DNA of 64,000 nt from Raillietiella orientalis (lineage: Eukaryota): assembly GCA_036172245.1 (NCBI GenBank), contig JAYWIR010000012.1, positions 1,178,001 through 1,242,000 of the forward strand. Direction: 5' to 3'. The first letter of the stretch is position 1. Every line of letters begins with the position of its first letter. Under the pieces are notes generated by a model. That model made no database searches. It was given only the letters and a program-made list of their open reading frames with translations, and was not told the DNA's origin. Positions 50,051-60,679 of the stretch are shown piece after piece. The translations under genes and the position numbers were made by a program.

Positions 50051-51699
50051 CCGCCCGGGTTGCCGGCGGCACATCCTAGAACGAGCGCGCTACTCAGAAA
50101 TGCCCTTCTTCCCTCACGTGAACGGGGGGCGGGCCTCTCTCATGTTCCTTCCTTTCGCAAACCCCGAGTTTAACACGCAGGCAGCGACTCCCGGTGCCTC
50201 CCTACAACGCGCCTCCGTGTTCCCGTTCATTACAGGAACTCGCCGGTCTCCCATTTCCCTCTTTCATTTTTATTTTTTTTTTCCTTTTTGTTTTTTCCTT
50301 TCATTTCACAGCGGCGCAGACCATAATAAGATCGCTGGCCTCCTATTTGTTTCCATGACGATTCAATTCTCCACATTCACAAGCGCGCCCAATGATGTAT
50401 ATTTGATGAATACCTAACGATCGTCCCGATACGTGTGGGAGCCAGCGAATCCTGGATTTTCCCTAACCGGGAAATCGGGAGCGGAAGAGCGATCGAAGCG
50501 GGCCGGCGAGGGAGGCCCCTCCCTTCTGCCCTAACGAACGCTGATTGCCTTTAATGACGGTTCGGAGCAGCACTCCGCGATACGCCTTCGGCCGTGGAAG
50601 ATGGCCACGGGTGATCTCCAATCGGAAGAGGCCTTCAGTACCTGGAGTCCAGGTGACCTCGGAACGGATCGCCATCCTTCCCTATTCCTCTTCAGTGTCG
50701 TTTCTTGCCCAGGAAAGGAGAGAACCACACCTCGACCCGCATAGACGCGCCGAAATAGGAATGGTAGAGGCTTCCGGTCCAAGGCGCGGAGGCATGACTT
50801 CCTACGCAGGTAGTCGTGGAGTTGACACAGGGCAGCGCTTCTTTGAAATGAGTTTTTTTTCTTTTTGAGATTTCCTCCTCTCTCTATCCCTCATCTCGAC
50901 CCCTTTTCCTAGTTCCCCGCAAGGCGACTCCTCCCGTTGCTGACTGCTCTCAGAAGGACCGACTCGACGCAGAGCGAAGGGCTCTATCGGTCTCCTTGGA
51001 AGCAATGCAGGGAGTATCGGGATGCTGCTGAGCAGCGCCCGAGTGACCAGCTACGACTCTGCGCGAGGAGTCTTCCACCATGATGAGGTCTCCCCCTCCT
51101 GCTCTACGCAGGCGCGTCTGGGAGCGTCTCCGTTGCTCCTGGATCCTCGGATGGAGACAGCCTGAAGGCTGCTCTCCGTTTTCACCCGGTGACGCCAAGA
51201 TGTTTATGTAAAAATAAATATGTGGTCACTGGGAATCGAGTCCCCGGAAAGCAAAAAAACAAGGTCGCAGAGTCGTAGCTTCGGCACTGGGGCCGGCTTT
51301 CAAGGAATTCCGGAGAAGGAGGGAGGGAACAGTAATATGTGAAAAGAAGGGAGAGGGGGGGGGACAAGGGTCTTCGGCTGGAGCCACTCGTTCCTCTCTA
51401 GAAGCGTAGCTGAATGTTGTGATCTCCATGGAGACTTTTCCTTCCGAAAGAGGCCACCTCGCAGCCGTCCTTATCTGCCTGCTCTCACGGAGAAGACGTT
51501 CCTCCCAAAGAAGCGCCTTTTCGTTGGGACCTGGGGCAGGGAGCGCCCTTTCCAGGGGCAGGCGGACCGCTCTAGCAGAGAGACTCCTTGGACAGAACGC
51601 CGTCGTCCTAGACACCTGGAAAACGGGCCATATCTCTCGAAGGAAAGGGACAGGGGACAAGTGCAGCTCTCCTCTTCGGGACGACCCTTAGGTCCTCCA

Positions 51700-52600
51700 C
51701 GTCTCAGGATCGAAGAGAAGCATTGGAAGCTCCGTTTCCAACGCGACCGTGACAGCCAAAGGCGTCCCGCGGTCCCGCTTGCGATCGGAGGAAGATTCCG
51801 CTGCCAGCCGGAGGCCAAGATCTTCCCCCAGGCTGACCCTGCTAAGGCACCAAGCGCACCGCTGCCTGACAGAAGCGGGACGACGGCCCGTTGCAGCCTC
51901 CCCGTCTTCACCGCGGGGACTCGATAAGCCCCATCTCCGTGCACATTCCAGAGGATGGTCGCGAGAGCTTCTCTATCATCCCTCATGAAAACGCACGCCC
52001 CTCCCCCGTGATTCGCAGCGGGGCTACTCTTCTGAAGATGCTGATCTCCTCCGTTGCCGAAGGCATCGCTTCTACGGTTCACGGAACGACAGAGTTCTTC
52101 CTCTTCTTGTCGGTGAGGTGCTGCAGCCCTCCCGCCGTCCGCGATCATGAGCAGAACCCTACTTCCCCTCTCTCCTGAAGTTTCTAGGAAGGTGCTCGAG
52201 ATCCTGCCTCCCGATAACGCCCTGGGAGAACGCGAGCTCCTCAGAGATGTCTTCCCGATTGCGCTCCGGAGACTCAGGCAATGCCAAAGGAGTGGAAATC
52301 GCCGAGGATGGACCTTGCAGGAAGAAAGGAGAGAAGGAACGGACAAAACCCTTATTCGTGATCCCCGTGCCGCTGGACACGGCCCTACAGTCCTTCTACG
52401 AAGACGCCGTGGATGTCGTCTGAGGCAGCCGGAAGCTGTTTGCACGGGCAAGGTAGTCGCAGCAGCCACACCTTTACCTCCTTTACTCGAACGCGAGGGA
52501 TCTCCTGCGGCGAAATTAACGGGCTGGCGCTTGGCATCCCTCGGCATTCCACACATCGTCGGTCCCCCAGCCCGAAGACCCTGACGGGAGGGAAAGCCTT
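51700..52600 (-). mobile_element. BEL/Pao reverse transcriptase remnant
   Basis: SPFFLQGPSSAISTPLAL...REDISEELAFSQGVIGRQDLEHL (ORF 52159..52380) and DDREALATILW (ORF 51471..52715) resemble SLND.L..GP.L...ADIEKAF.Q...DRD.LRFLW. Confidence 0.5.
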
Positions 52601-53399
52601 CCGGTCCACGGAACCCCTTCCTCTTGGGCCGTGCTCTGAAAGACGACGCGTATCCATCGTCTCCGCGCGTTGGCTCTCCCCTCCCCTCCTTCCTTTCCCA
52701 AGGGATTCTCCCCACTGATCCTCATCAGGGAAATGATTCTTGCGAATTGATGCGCAAATCAGGAAGAGAAAGCTGATTGATACGCCAGAGGATTTCGGGG
52801 CAGCGTCCCGCTCCTCCTCCCTGGAAAAATGACGAGCGCCAGCTGCCCGCTACACCATAACACCCAGGAGAGACGGAGGCGGCTCCAGCGAGCGCGGGGC
52901 GGGCTCTCGTCACGGGCTCGTGTCCGCGAAGATTGAGATGAATTTGTCTACTTCTCCGACGGATGCTTCTCAGGATGGACCTGCAACAAAGAAGGCTGCC
53001 TAGTGCCCACGAGCAGCATCGGTTCTTCCGCGAAGAAGACTACTTCCATCAGTCACTCCATCCCCGGTGACGGAAAGAATCTCACTTGAGGGAGCAACCG
53101 ATGCAGGACTGCCGGCTCGAGGACGAGAATGAGCGGCAGGAGCGAGCGATCCAGAGCTGAGAGGGTCAGGGAAAAGGGGCGCTCAAAGGAACCTCAGACT
53201 GCTCCGTGGCGTGAGATGCGCGCCGAGTGGTCAGCCTGCAGGGGACATCGGGGAGTGACGGTCCGCCGGTAACTCGAAAGAAAAGGGAGCGGGGGCAAGG
53301 AGAGAGACGCATTCTGGCAGCGTGCCTGGTCGAAGATGAGAAGGAGCCGTATTCTCCAGGTCGGGAGGTTCCAAAGTCCGCCGGCGGCATGTAGACACC

Positions 53400-53900
53400 T
53401 CCGTTCTGTGGGTGCAGCCAGGTGGCGTGTGAGCCACCGCGGACCGGCGACCGTGGAGGAGCACTCGACAAGTTCCGCCGCTCCTGCCCGGAAACCCCTG
53501 GGGTAAAGACTCCTCAAGTCCGACAGCCAGATAGGCTCGGCTCCCGACGCCCAGTTCCGCAAACCAAGGATATCAAGTCTCCCTCCCTCCTGTCCCTGTT
53601 CCCAACCGTGAAACTCTTGCGGCTGCTGCCTTGACGACCGCAGCATCCATCGGCCGCCTCATTGGAACAGTCCGTCGCTGGTTCAGGACGCGTCCGGGTA
53701 GTCGCTGGCGTCCCTGCACATGCTCTCGGCGAAGCGCCGAGTGCTGCTTGGAAACAGCGGCATGGATGAAGGCGCCCCCTCGTCCAGAGGGAGAGGGGCA
53801 GAACGCTCCCACATAAACGTCCGAGAACACATTTAGGAACGTCACCCTGCCAGCCAGCACGTTGTGCTCCCGCTGTCCGTCACGCGCTTCGAGCCTGAGG
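53400..53900 (-). mobile_element. BEL/Pao RNase H (Peptidase_A17 region) remnant
   Basis: FLNVFSDVYVGAF resembles LH.FSDAS..AY, and SDLRSLYPRGFRAGAAELVECSSTVAGPRWL resembles NPADL.SRG....L.....W..GP.WL. Confidence 0.6.
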
Positions 53901-55299
53901 GCAGTAGATGAACGGGAACAGAGCTGTCCTGCAGCTGAGGTTCTTGTGGGTCCCCGAACTAAGGACGTCAGACCGAGGAGGGGTCCGCCCGCAGCTCGAA
54001 AAAGAGGGGAGCGCCATGCTCCGACAGGAGGGGCAGTCCAGTTTCAGGAGTCGCGATTTGGACTCCTCTCCTGACCGCTCCCTCCGGGACGCGAGTCAGG
54101 ATGGCTGGTGAGAGAAACGCGAAGGACCCAGCACCTTCCAGGAAAGAAGGCCGCAGGGGAGAACGCGCTGCCGGTTGCCCTTTCGGAGTGAAAGGAATCT
54201 TCGGATCCTGTTTCCATACCAACGCTGCCAGCTTTGTTGGAGACGAGCTCCTCCGAAACCTTGGGAGTAAGCCTTGTAAAGTGCTGTTCGTATGTCGAGG
54301 TCATTCCTCGTTTTTTTCCCTTCTTGCTTGAAGACCGTCGCGGTCCGCGTTTGTTTCCGGGGTGACGGGGAGTAGACGGCTGTCTCCTCTCCCTGGGACA
54401 CGAGGCAGGTCAGGTCAGTGCGTGCGCCTCTTCCGGGGGATGCGGAGGCGCATTCTTAGGCGGGCCTCGGTCCTGCGCAGCAGGTCGATCGACCGGCTCA
54501 TCCGGACGACATCTTGGTCTCTTGCTTGGAGGGGGTGAGGTTGCCGATCCCCCGTCCGTCCTGCCTCAGGCTGAAGCCATACTGCAAGTTCCTTTGCAGT
54601 CGAGGCCACGGTCTAGCGCAGGGAACGCCTCCCTCATCCCCTTCTGGGGCTTTGGGACCCTGATCTCAATCAGGAGGATGGATCGATGTGGACACGGAGC
54701 TTCCCGAGAGGTCGAAATGCCCCCCTCCAGAAATGAGGGCATCCCGTGGCAGTGGCGAGGGAGCGCCGCTCCTCGTCCTCGCCGCCGTGGTTCATTCTGA
54801 AAGTGGCACTCGAGTGCTCCTTGGAGGGGCGTCCCGCGGAAGACACCGGCTCTCTTTCGGGGGTTTGGCAGAGTACTCGAGCGGGGAACGACCGGTCCGC
54901 TCCGCTGGAGACACTGGAGTCTCCCGGCAGAGCCGCCACGAGGGCAGTTTAGAAGACTCTCCGCCGTCGCCGCGCTCTCGGAGTGCTCGCGAAGCGGTCG
55001 GGCCGGTTCTCGGCTGGGCGAGGGCATCTGCCCGGCCGGCCGCGAGAGCGGAAGCCCGAGCCATCTCAGAGTCGCCTTACGTGAAGACTCCAAAATCTTC
55101 CCGGTGCAACCCGCTCTGCGTTCACCCCCTTTTATGCAACCGCTTCCAACGTCGCCCATTCGCAGCGTTGCTTGGAAGCGCCCAACGGAGCCATGAGCTC
55201 TTTGCAGGGGAGCACCCCGTTCTCCTCCTGGATGAAGGTGGGCGGAGTCGCCAGTCGCCGAAAAGCGGACAACCGTCTCCTCAGCAAGGTAGGACGCGT

Positions 55300-55830
55300 T
55301 CATCCCTATCATCTTCCAGAAGAAACTCGGAAGACCCGCTCTGCTTGTTTCTCCGGAGCACCTGCATTTCTGAAATGGAAGCTCTCCTCTGTACTTCCGG
55401 CAGAAAGCTCATCAGCATCCATCTCCATCAGAGGGGTCCTGCGGCTGCTCCGGCTTCGCCCTGCCTGGCTGCCGTGATGGATGCGCTTCAACCTTCCCGA
55501 GCTTTACGCTGCCCTGCAATCATCTCCGCTTCCCGCCGGTTCTCTTCCGAGCGCCGTCTTTGCGTTGCCTCCTTCCTACTACACCTCGCTTTGTCTCGCC
55601 GGGAAAAGGGCCACCGCATCCTCTTCCGGAGACTCACAGGCCGCATCAACAGGATGCCTCAGATCCACCCCGTTTCGCATCCCGGCGAGTGGAAGAGGAC
55701 GGGCCGTCGCCATCTGGTCGATAGGCGCCTTCCCCGTTTACGGATGAGCACGAGGACCGGCGAGCCTTAAGGCACCAGCACATCCGGTGCTTTCTCTGCC
55801 AGACAGTGCAAAGACGAAAGGAGGAAGTCA
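55300..55830 (-). mobile_element. Possible LTR-retrotransposon gag knuckle / protease remnant
   Basis: FRLCTVWQRKHRMCWC is knuckle-like, and PLMEMDADELSAGSTEES resembles MEVDTGA..S.ISE. Confidence 0.3.
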
Positions 55831-55929
55831 TTCAGATCCTCCAAAGGATGCTCGGGACGCAAAGAAGAAATCCGTGATCCCCTCTCTCCCTCTTTGCTCG
55901 CTCTGGCGGCCGTGTAGATGCGGCCTCCG

Positions 55930-56405
55930 CGCATGACGTTGCGGATTCGATTTCCACCCTGGGAAGAAATGCAAAGCGTCTCTTCGGGGTTCTCTTCGGA
56001 GGACGATGCATGGAGCGGTTTCCTTGCTAATTCCCTCCGGAGAAGGAAGTCCAGGAGCGGATCCTTTGCGGGATCCCTTCGGGGAAGGAATAAGGAATGT
56101 CACCTCTTTCAGAGGTCCTTCCGGAGAGAATAAAGGAGAGATCTTTCCAGAATCCCCTTCGGAGACCAGGGTGGAAGGATCCCTTTGGAGTCTCCTTAGG
56201 AAGCGTAAGAAGAACGGACTGATTTCTTCAGAGCCTTCCTGGATCCACAATGTAGTCTTTCTGTTGACCTCCTATAACTTGAAGAGCCACACGCGCCCTT
56301 GGGAGGCATGGTCAGCTTCAGAGAGCTTCGTGAGCCGCCAGAAGAGAGATTCTTTAGCACGTGACGAACGAAAGAAAGGAAAAACCACAAGAAAAAGAAA
56401 AAGCT
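55930..56405 (+). mobile_element. SINE-like repeat, copy F (3' half)
   Basis: It contains cttcggggttctcttcggagg and five or six 42-bp units. It ends with the tail ccttcctggatcc...ttgaagagccacacgcgcccttggg and an A-rich end at about 56370-56403. Confidence 0.75.
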
Positions 56406-56619
56406 GAACGTCCCCTCCCTCGCCAATGCATTTTCCGAACAGCATCATCTTTTTGCTTCCCTCTCCTTCCACTCCTCCCGTGCGGGTCTCATCGGCTCAC
56501 GAGAAGCAGCACCCTTCGCAGGGGTGTGGTGAAACCACCACGAAGGAAGGCATCTTTACTCCAAAGATTTCGGTTCCTTTTTTCCTATAAGTTCTTTAAC
56601 GATGAACTCCCCCGGCCGT

Positions 56620-57300
56620 GAAGCGGGTGAAAACGGCCGACGGTGCCGACCAACAGCGTTAGAGATCGCTCTCGACCGCCGATCTCCGAGGACTCCGCCG
56701 GAGGCGAGCTCGATTTCCCCTCCGCTGACCCGGAACCCGACAGGTACCGTTCCGGGTTCCCGGCCCACTCCCCCGACGTCCCGGAGGAGAGCCGCCACAG
56801 CTCATTACGAGGTCCGGCTCTTTTTCCTCGCATCTCCGATAAATCTCACCAGGAATCAGGCGTCGCGCGATCTCCCGAATGGAGATTTATGGAGAGCGAG
56901 CGAAGCGCGGCGGAAAGGCGGAAGCCGACCGCGTTGTGGCTCGTCTGTGGCCAACTCATCAAAGGGCCGAATGGTGCGGAGAGGAAATCCTGCAGCAGTC
57001 AGCTCCCGCCTCGGAGACAAACGGTCCGCTGGAGATTACCAGGGGAAAAGTGAACTTTTGCATGTTTCCTGGACGCAAGCCACGGGATCCGACGGGATCG
57101 GACGTCGGCGGGCAGCTCCGTCTCGCCCCACCTCTCGCGGCGGCGGCCGCCCCGTTGCAGGCGACCTTCTGGGAGCCAGGCTCAGCGTTTCAGACGGGCC
57201 TTCCCAGAGGAGACCCAGGAGCAGCGCGTACTCCTTCGCGTCGCTGGGGGCGCTCCCAGATCCGTGAGGGAACCCGTGCGACCCTTGGACGTGCCCTTAT
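56620..57300 (+). mobile_element. Gypsy integrase core remnant
   Basis: PTALEIALDRRSPRTP, FFLASPINLTRNQA and KGPNGAERK / WPTHQRAEWCGE resemble WE.I.LD..GP.P, FG.P..I.SDQG and HPQ.NG.AER. Confidence 0.4.
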
Positions 57301-58299
57301 GGGATGGAGCGTCTCCAGCTGTGTCATGGAGCAGCCGGGCACTGAAGCGGCTCAGGAATTTCGAGGGCTCAGGCGCGGGCGTGTCTTCGTACCGCTGACG
57401 GCGTCTCGTCCGGCAAAGTCATCGTCAGATGACCTCTCCGAGCCCGAGAAACGCCTCTCCAGCCTGTTTCCGACGTTCTTACATTCTCAGGACCTCATCT
57501 CGGGACGTACCCTCAGAGCATGCGGTCTTCCGGGGGAATCTTTCGCTGAAATCCCCGGTTCCCGGTCCACTCCGTCCTTGCAGACATCTGCCTCTGCACC
57601 AGACGGGGTGGACGGGACGTTCGTGCTAGGAGGGTCGCGAGGGAGGAAAGAGGAGAGGTCTGCTCTCTCTTCCGGTCACGGCCAGGGGTTCAGAGCTGCC
57701 TCTCTATGGCCGCCGCCTGCGCTGTCCTACGCGCACACCGCAACCAAGGCAGAGGTTTTCGAAGAGAACCACCGTGGGGAGTTGTTCCTCGCTTCCTGGA
57801 AACGGGAGGCCTCTCCGGATGACCCGAGGTGCGAGCCACGACCGTGAGCCAGGGAGCGCTTCTTCCCTTGCTCTTTCCTGCGCGTGTTCACCTGCCGCTG
57901 AGTCAGGAATCCGCGATGACGCGTGGGAACAGATGTGCGAGCGACGTCATCAATCAACTGCTCTCCGCTCTCTGGGGTCGATGCCCACGTGGGCTCGAGA
58001 CCCTCACTCCCGCTCTCTCCCCCAACGCGCTCCCCCGTAGCGAAGAGGATCTCCTCCTCTTCCACCTCCTCCTCCTCCTGCTGGACCGATTCGACTGCCT
58101 GTCCTTCTCGGATGCCGCCTCTCCTTCCTCTGACGTTGACAGTGACCTCTGTGAGCGAGTAGACGGGCGGGGAGCGCACTGTTCGTTCCCGGATCGGAGC
58201 CAGGCGAGCTATCTCTGAGACGGAACTCCCTTGATCTTGAGCAGGGGAGCGCGGAAGGCAGCGTCATCCCCTTCCCCGGGGATCGATTCCCAGCGCCCG

Positions 58300-59000
58300 T
58301 ACGTCACCAGCAAGGGCCGCTGGTGAGGCCCCCACAGTTTTGAAATGGAAAACACGGACTTTGTTCGATCCCTCCGGTAGCCGTCTTTGAAATGTCCTCC
58401 CTCGTAGTCCTCTCGTGGGGATCCCGGAGACTCATCTCCGGTTTCCTCCTCTCCACTGCCCGGTGGGTCCCCCTCCCGTAGTTCGGTGCCACCCTGAGGA
58501 AAAATGCGGTCCACGACTTCGGCAGAGGGTCCAGGAAGCTGACGATGCCAGTCTCTGACGCCCTCCTTGGAGACAAGCGTCTGGGAGGGGGAGGAGGGAA
58601 GAGGAACGCAGGCTGTACGGACCTTTGGAGCTGCCCTTTGCGCAGCCGGAAACCGAGGTGGGCGAATCTAGTGAACCGGCAAGGAGTCTCCTGGACAGAC
58701 AGGCAGAAACGATGGGGGAGGAGAGAAAATGGCCGCGACACCCCTCTATCTTCATCGGGACTTCCTTGGCAGCGGCGGCGACCCTGCCGGCTGCTTGCTG
58801 TTGCTAGACCAGCAACTCATCGATCGCACGCGCCCCTGGAACAAGCGACTGGAAGACCGGTTGCGAGACAGCAGTTCGGTGCTCCGCATGACGATCCCTT
58901 GGTCCGGAGATGGCTCTGGGTGTTCATTTTGATGCAACACATTTTGCGGCAACCATCGATTCATCAGCAGCAGCAACCTGGAGTCTTTTTGTTGTCAGGT
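58300..59000 (-). mobile_element. Ulp1/SENP-like cysteine protease remnant, probably element-borne
   Basis: LLLMNRWLPQNVLHQ (like L....WL.D.VI), GIVSFLDPL (like I.Y.DSL) and EQSPCFPFQNCG (like PQQ.N..DCG) occur in the correct order. The catalytic HW motif is not recognisable. Confidence 0.4.
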
Positions 59001-59449
59001 GGCTCTCTGTGGGAATCAGTGGACCGCAGCTTTCTACAGGGTGGCACCGGATTCATGATCCCGGGAGTAGCGGGCTTTGGAAAGATCCCCCGAGGCGCAT
59101 CACTATGTCTGATCGCATCGCTCGGATTCGGCGGGTTCCTGGTTGCATCGGAAGGGGATGGGACCCACCTGCATGCTCGCCGCCGAGTGGATCTCCGGAT
59201 CTCCTACGTCGAATATGCTTCGCTGCTACTGCCTGGTTGCCACGGACCCCCTCTCTGCCGCATGAGAGCAAACTGAGGGAAGGGAAAGAGGGAACGGAAA
59301 CGGATGTTGTCCCTTCTCGCAGTGTGCATCCGCAGCAAGGGAGATTTCTCGCTCTTTCTCGCGGGTTCGCTGGAGACTTGCGCTTGTCAGAGGAGTCCAC
59401 TAATCCGAAGTGGGTCCGCGACTCTGTTCAGTACTCTTTCATCTTTCAT

Positions 59450-60060
59450 CTTCCTCAAACTTGCAGACCTGTTGATCTCTTGGAGATTCCCGTCTGCGGT
59501 TGGAGCCCAGCTGCCGGCTCGCCTTCCGGCTTTCTCCGCTCATCCTCTAGGTATGTGCGGAAAAGCGCGGTCTCATCACTCTCCTCAGCCTCCAAGGTAT
59601 CTTTCCACGGTGCACTCGACGGCACGGGGTAGGCATGAGGCAATGTCACCCGGATACGCCGGGACGTTCATTCAAACTCTCCATATAGTTATGACAATAT
59701 GTGGTACAAGGCCCCACTAACGGCCAACATTTCGCAATACCTGCCGGGACGCCGGGAATCAGACCAGCGTGACTCTCCTCGGCAGTGGAAGGGGATGGGG
59801 GAAAAAACAGAAAGAAAAATAAAACAATAAGACAAAAAAAGAATTTGGAGGGCGGAGAAGGGATAGCCAGGTATCCTAACCACTAGACCACATGGGATGC
59901 GGCGTGCTTATCCATACTGCGTGGGTCGACGCTCTCGGACAGGCAGGCGCAACTCTTGCAAACGAACCCTTTGACCTCGCAGGTGTCTTCGGAGGAAAGT
60001 GGGAATTGACAAGAGGTCAAAGTTAACTGGAAGGTTTGCTCTATTCCCTGTTCTTCTCTT
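59450..60060 (-). mobile_element. Zinc-finger N-terminal region, NeSL/Utopia-like
   Basis: It reads LTLTSCQFPLSSEDTCEVKGFVCKSC...MDKHAASH (end of ORF 59883..60662) and HAYPVPSSAP (ORF 59455..59649). Confidence 0.4.
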
Positions 60061-60679
60061 GAGAATTCGCGTCTGCATGCTGGGGAAGAAGCTGCGATCT
60101 GCCCAGCACCTCTTCTGGGCGCCTCGTCGGTTTCCAAGGTGAAAGGCTGGATTTCAGCCGATTCCGGTCGAAACTGTGGGTTCCCTGCTCCATAGGGGAC
60201 TGCTGGGATGAGAGGTATTGGCACTGCTAGGAAAACGAGGCGCATTCCATTCGGGTTTCGGCAGGGAGATGCCATGGATTCAAGAATTGCGTTCTCCTCT
60301 TCCGGAGCTAGGGTGAGTGCTCCGAGAACTGGAAATAGAGACAAATGTTGGTTCTGCTCTCTTTTCTCGTTTTTCCTCTTCTGGCATCGAAATATTCTTG
60401 GGTGCGCGTGAGGGGCTGGAGGAAGAAAGGGTGGTTGTGAGTGCAGCAGGGAAGTGGGCAGTTTACCAGGTGGCAGAGAGAGCTGTGCTTTGATGAAGGT
60501 GCTGCGGGTGGTGGCCCTAATGCGTTTGCCAAGGAGCGCCACCAAGTGGAGAGGCCTTGCTTTCGGAGGTGCGCTGCAGGGTGAGCAGCGATGCTCGCGC
60601 CACACGCCGAACGTGACGCAGTTCAAGAAGAACCCCGGGGCACTGTGAGAGCGGGGACGCAAGAGGAAGTCGTAATTAC

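Noticed and set aside
15189..50120. Recurrent CACGTG motifs in spacer regions
   Set aside because: A 6-mer is expected many times by chance in 64 kb, and no consistent flanking context was established.
51471..52715. Longest ORF (414 aa) as a real gene
   Set aside because: It is mostly Arg/Gly/Ser-rich off-frame sequence, and the BEL RT motifs are split between this and neighbouring frames.
54688..55770. 360-aa plus-strand ORF, and likewise 42287..43255, 44529..45383 and 56879..57847
   Set aside because: They have no coherent domain and a low-complexity R/S/P/A composition, typical of chance ORFs in GC-rich DNA or shadows of element remnants.
55980..56220. CRISPR-like array from the 42-bp periodicity
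   Set aside because: The units are diverged tandem repeats without unique spacers, no cas genes are present, and they are part of a dispersed repeat.
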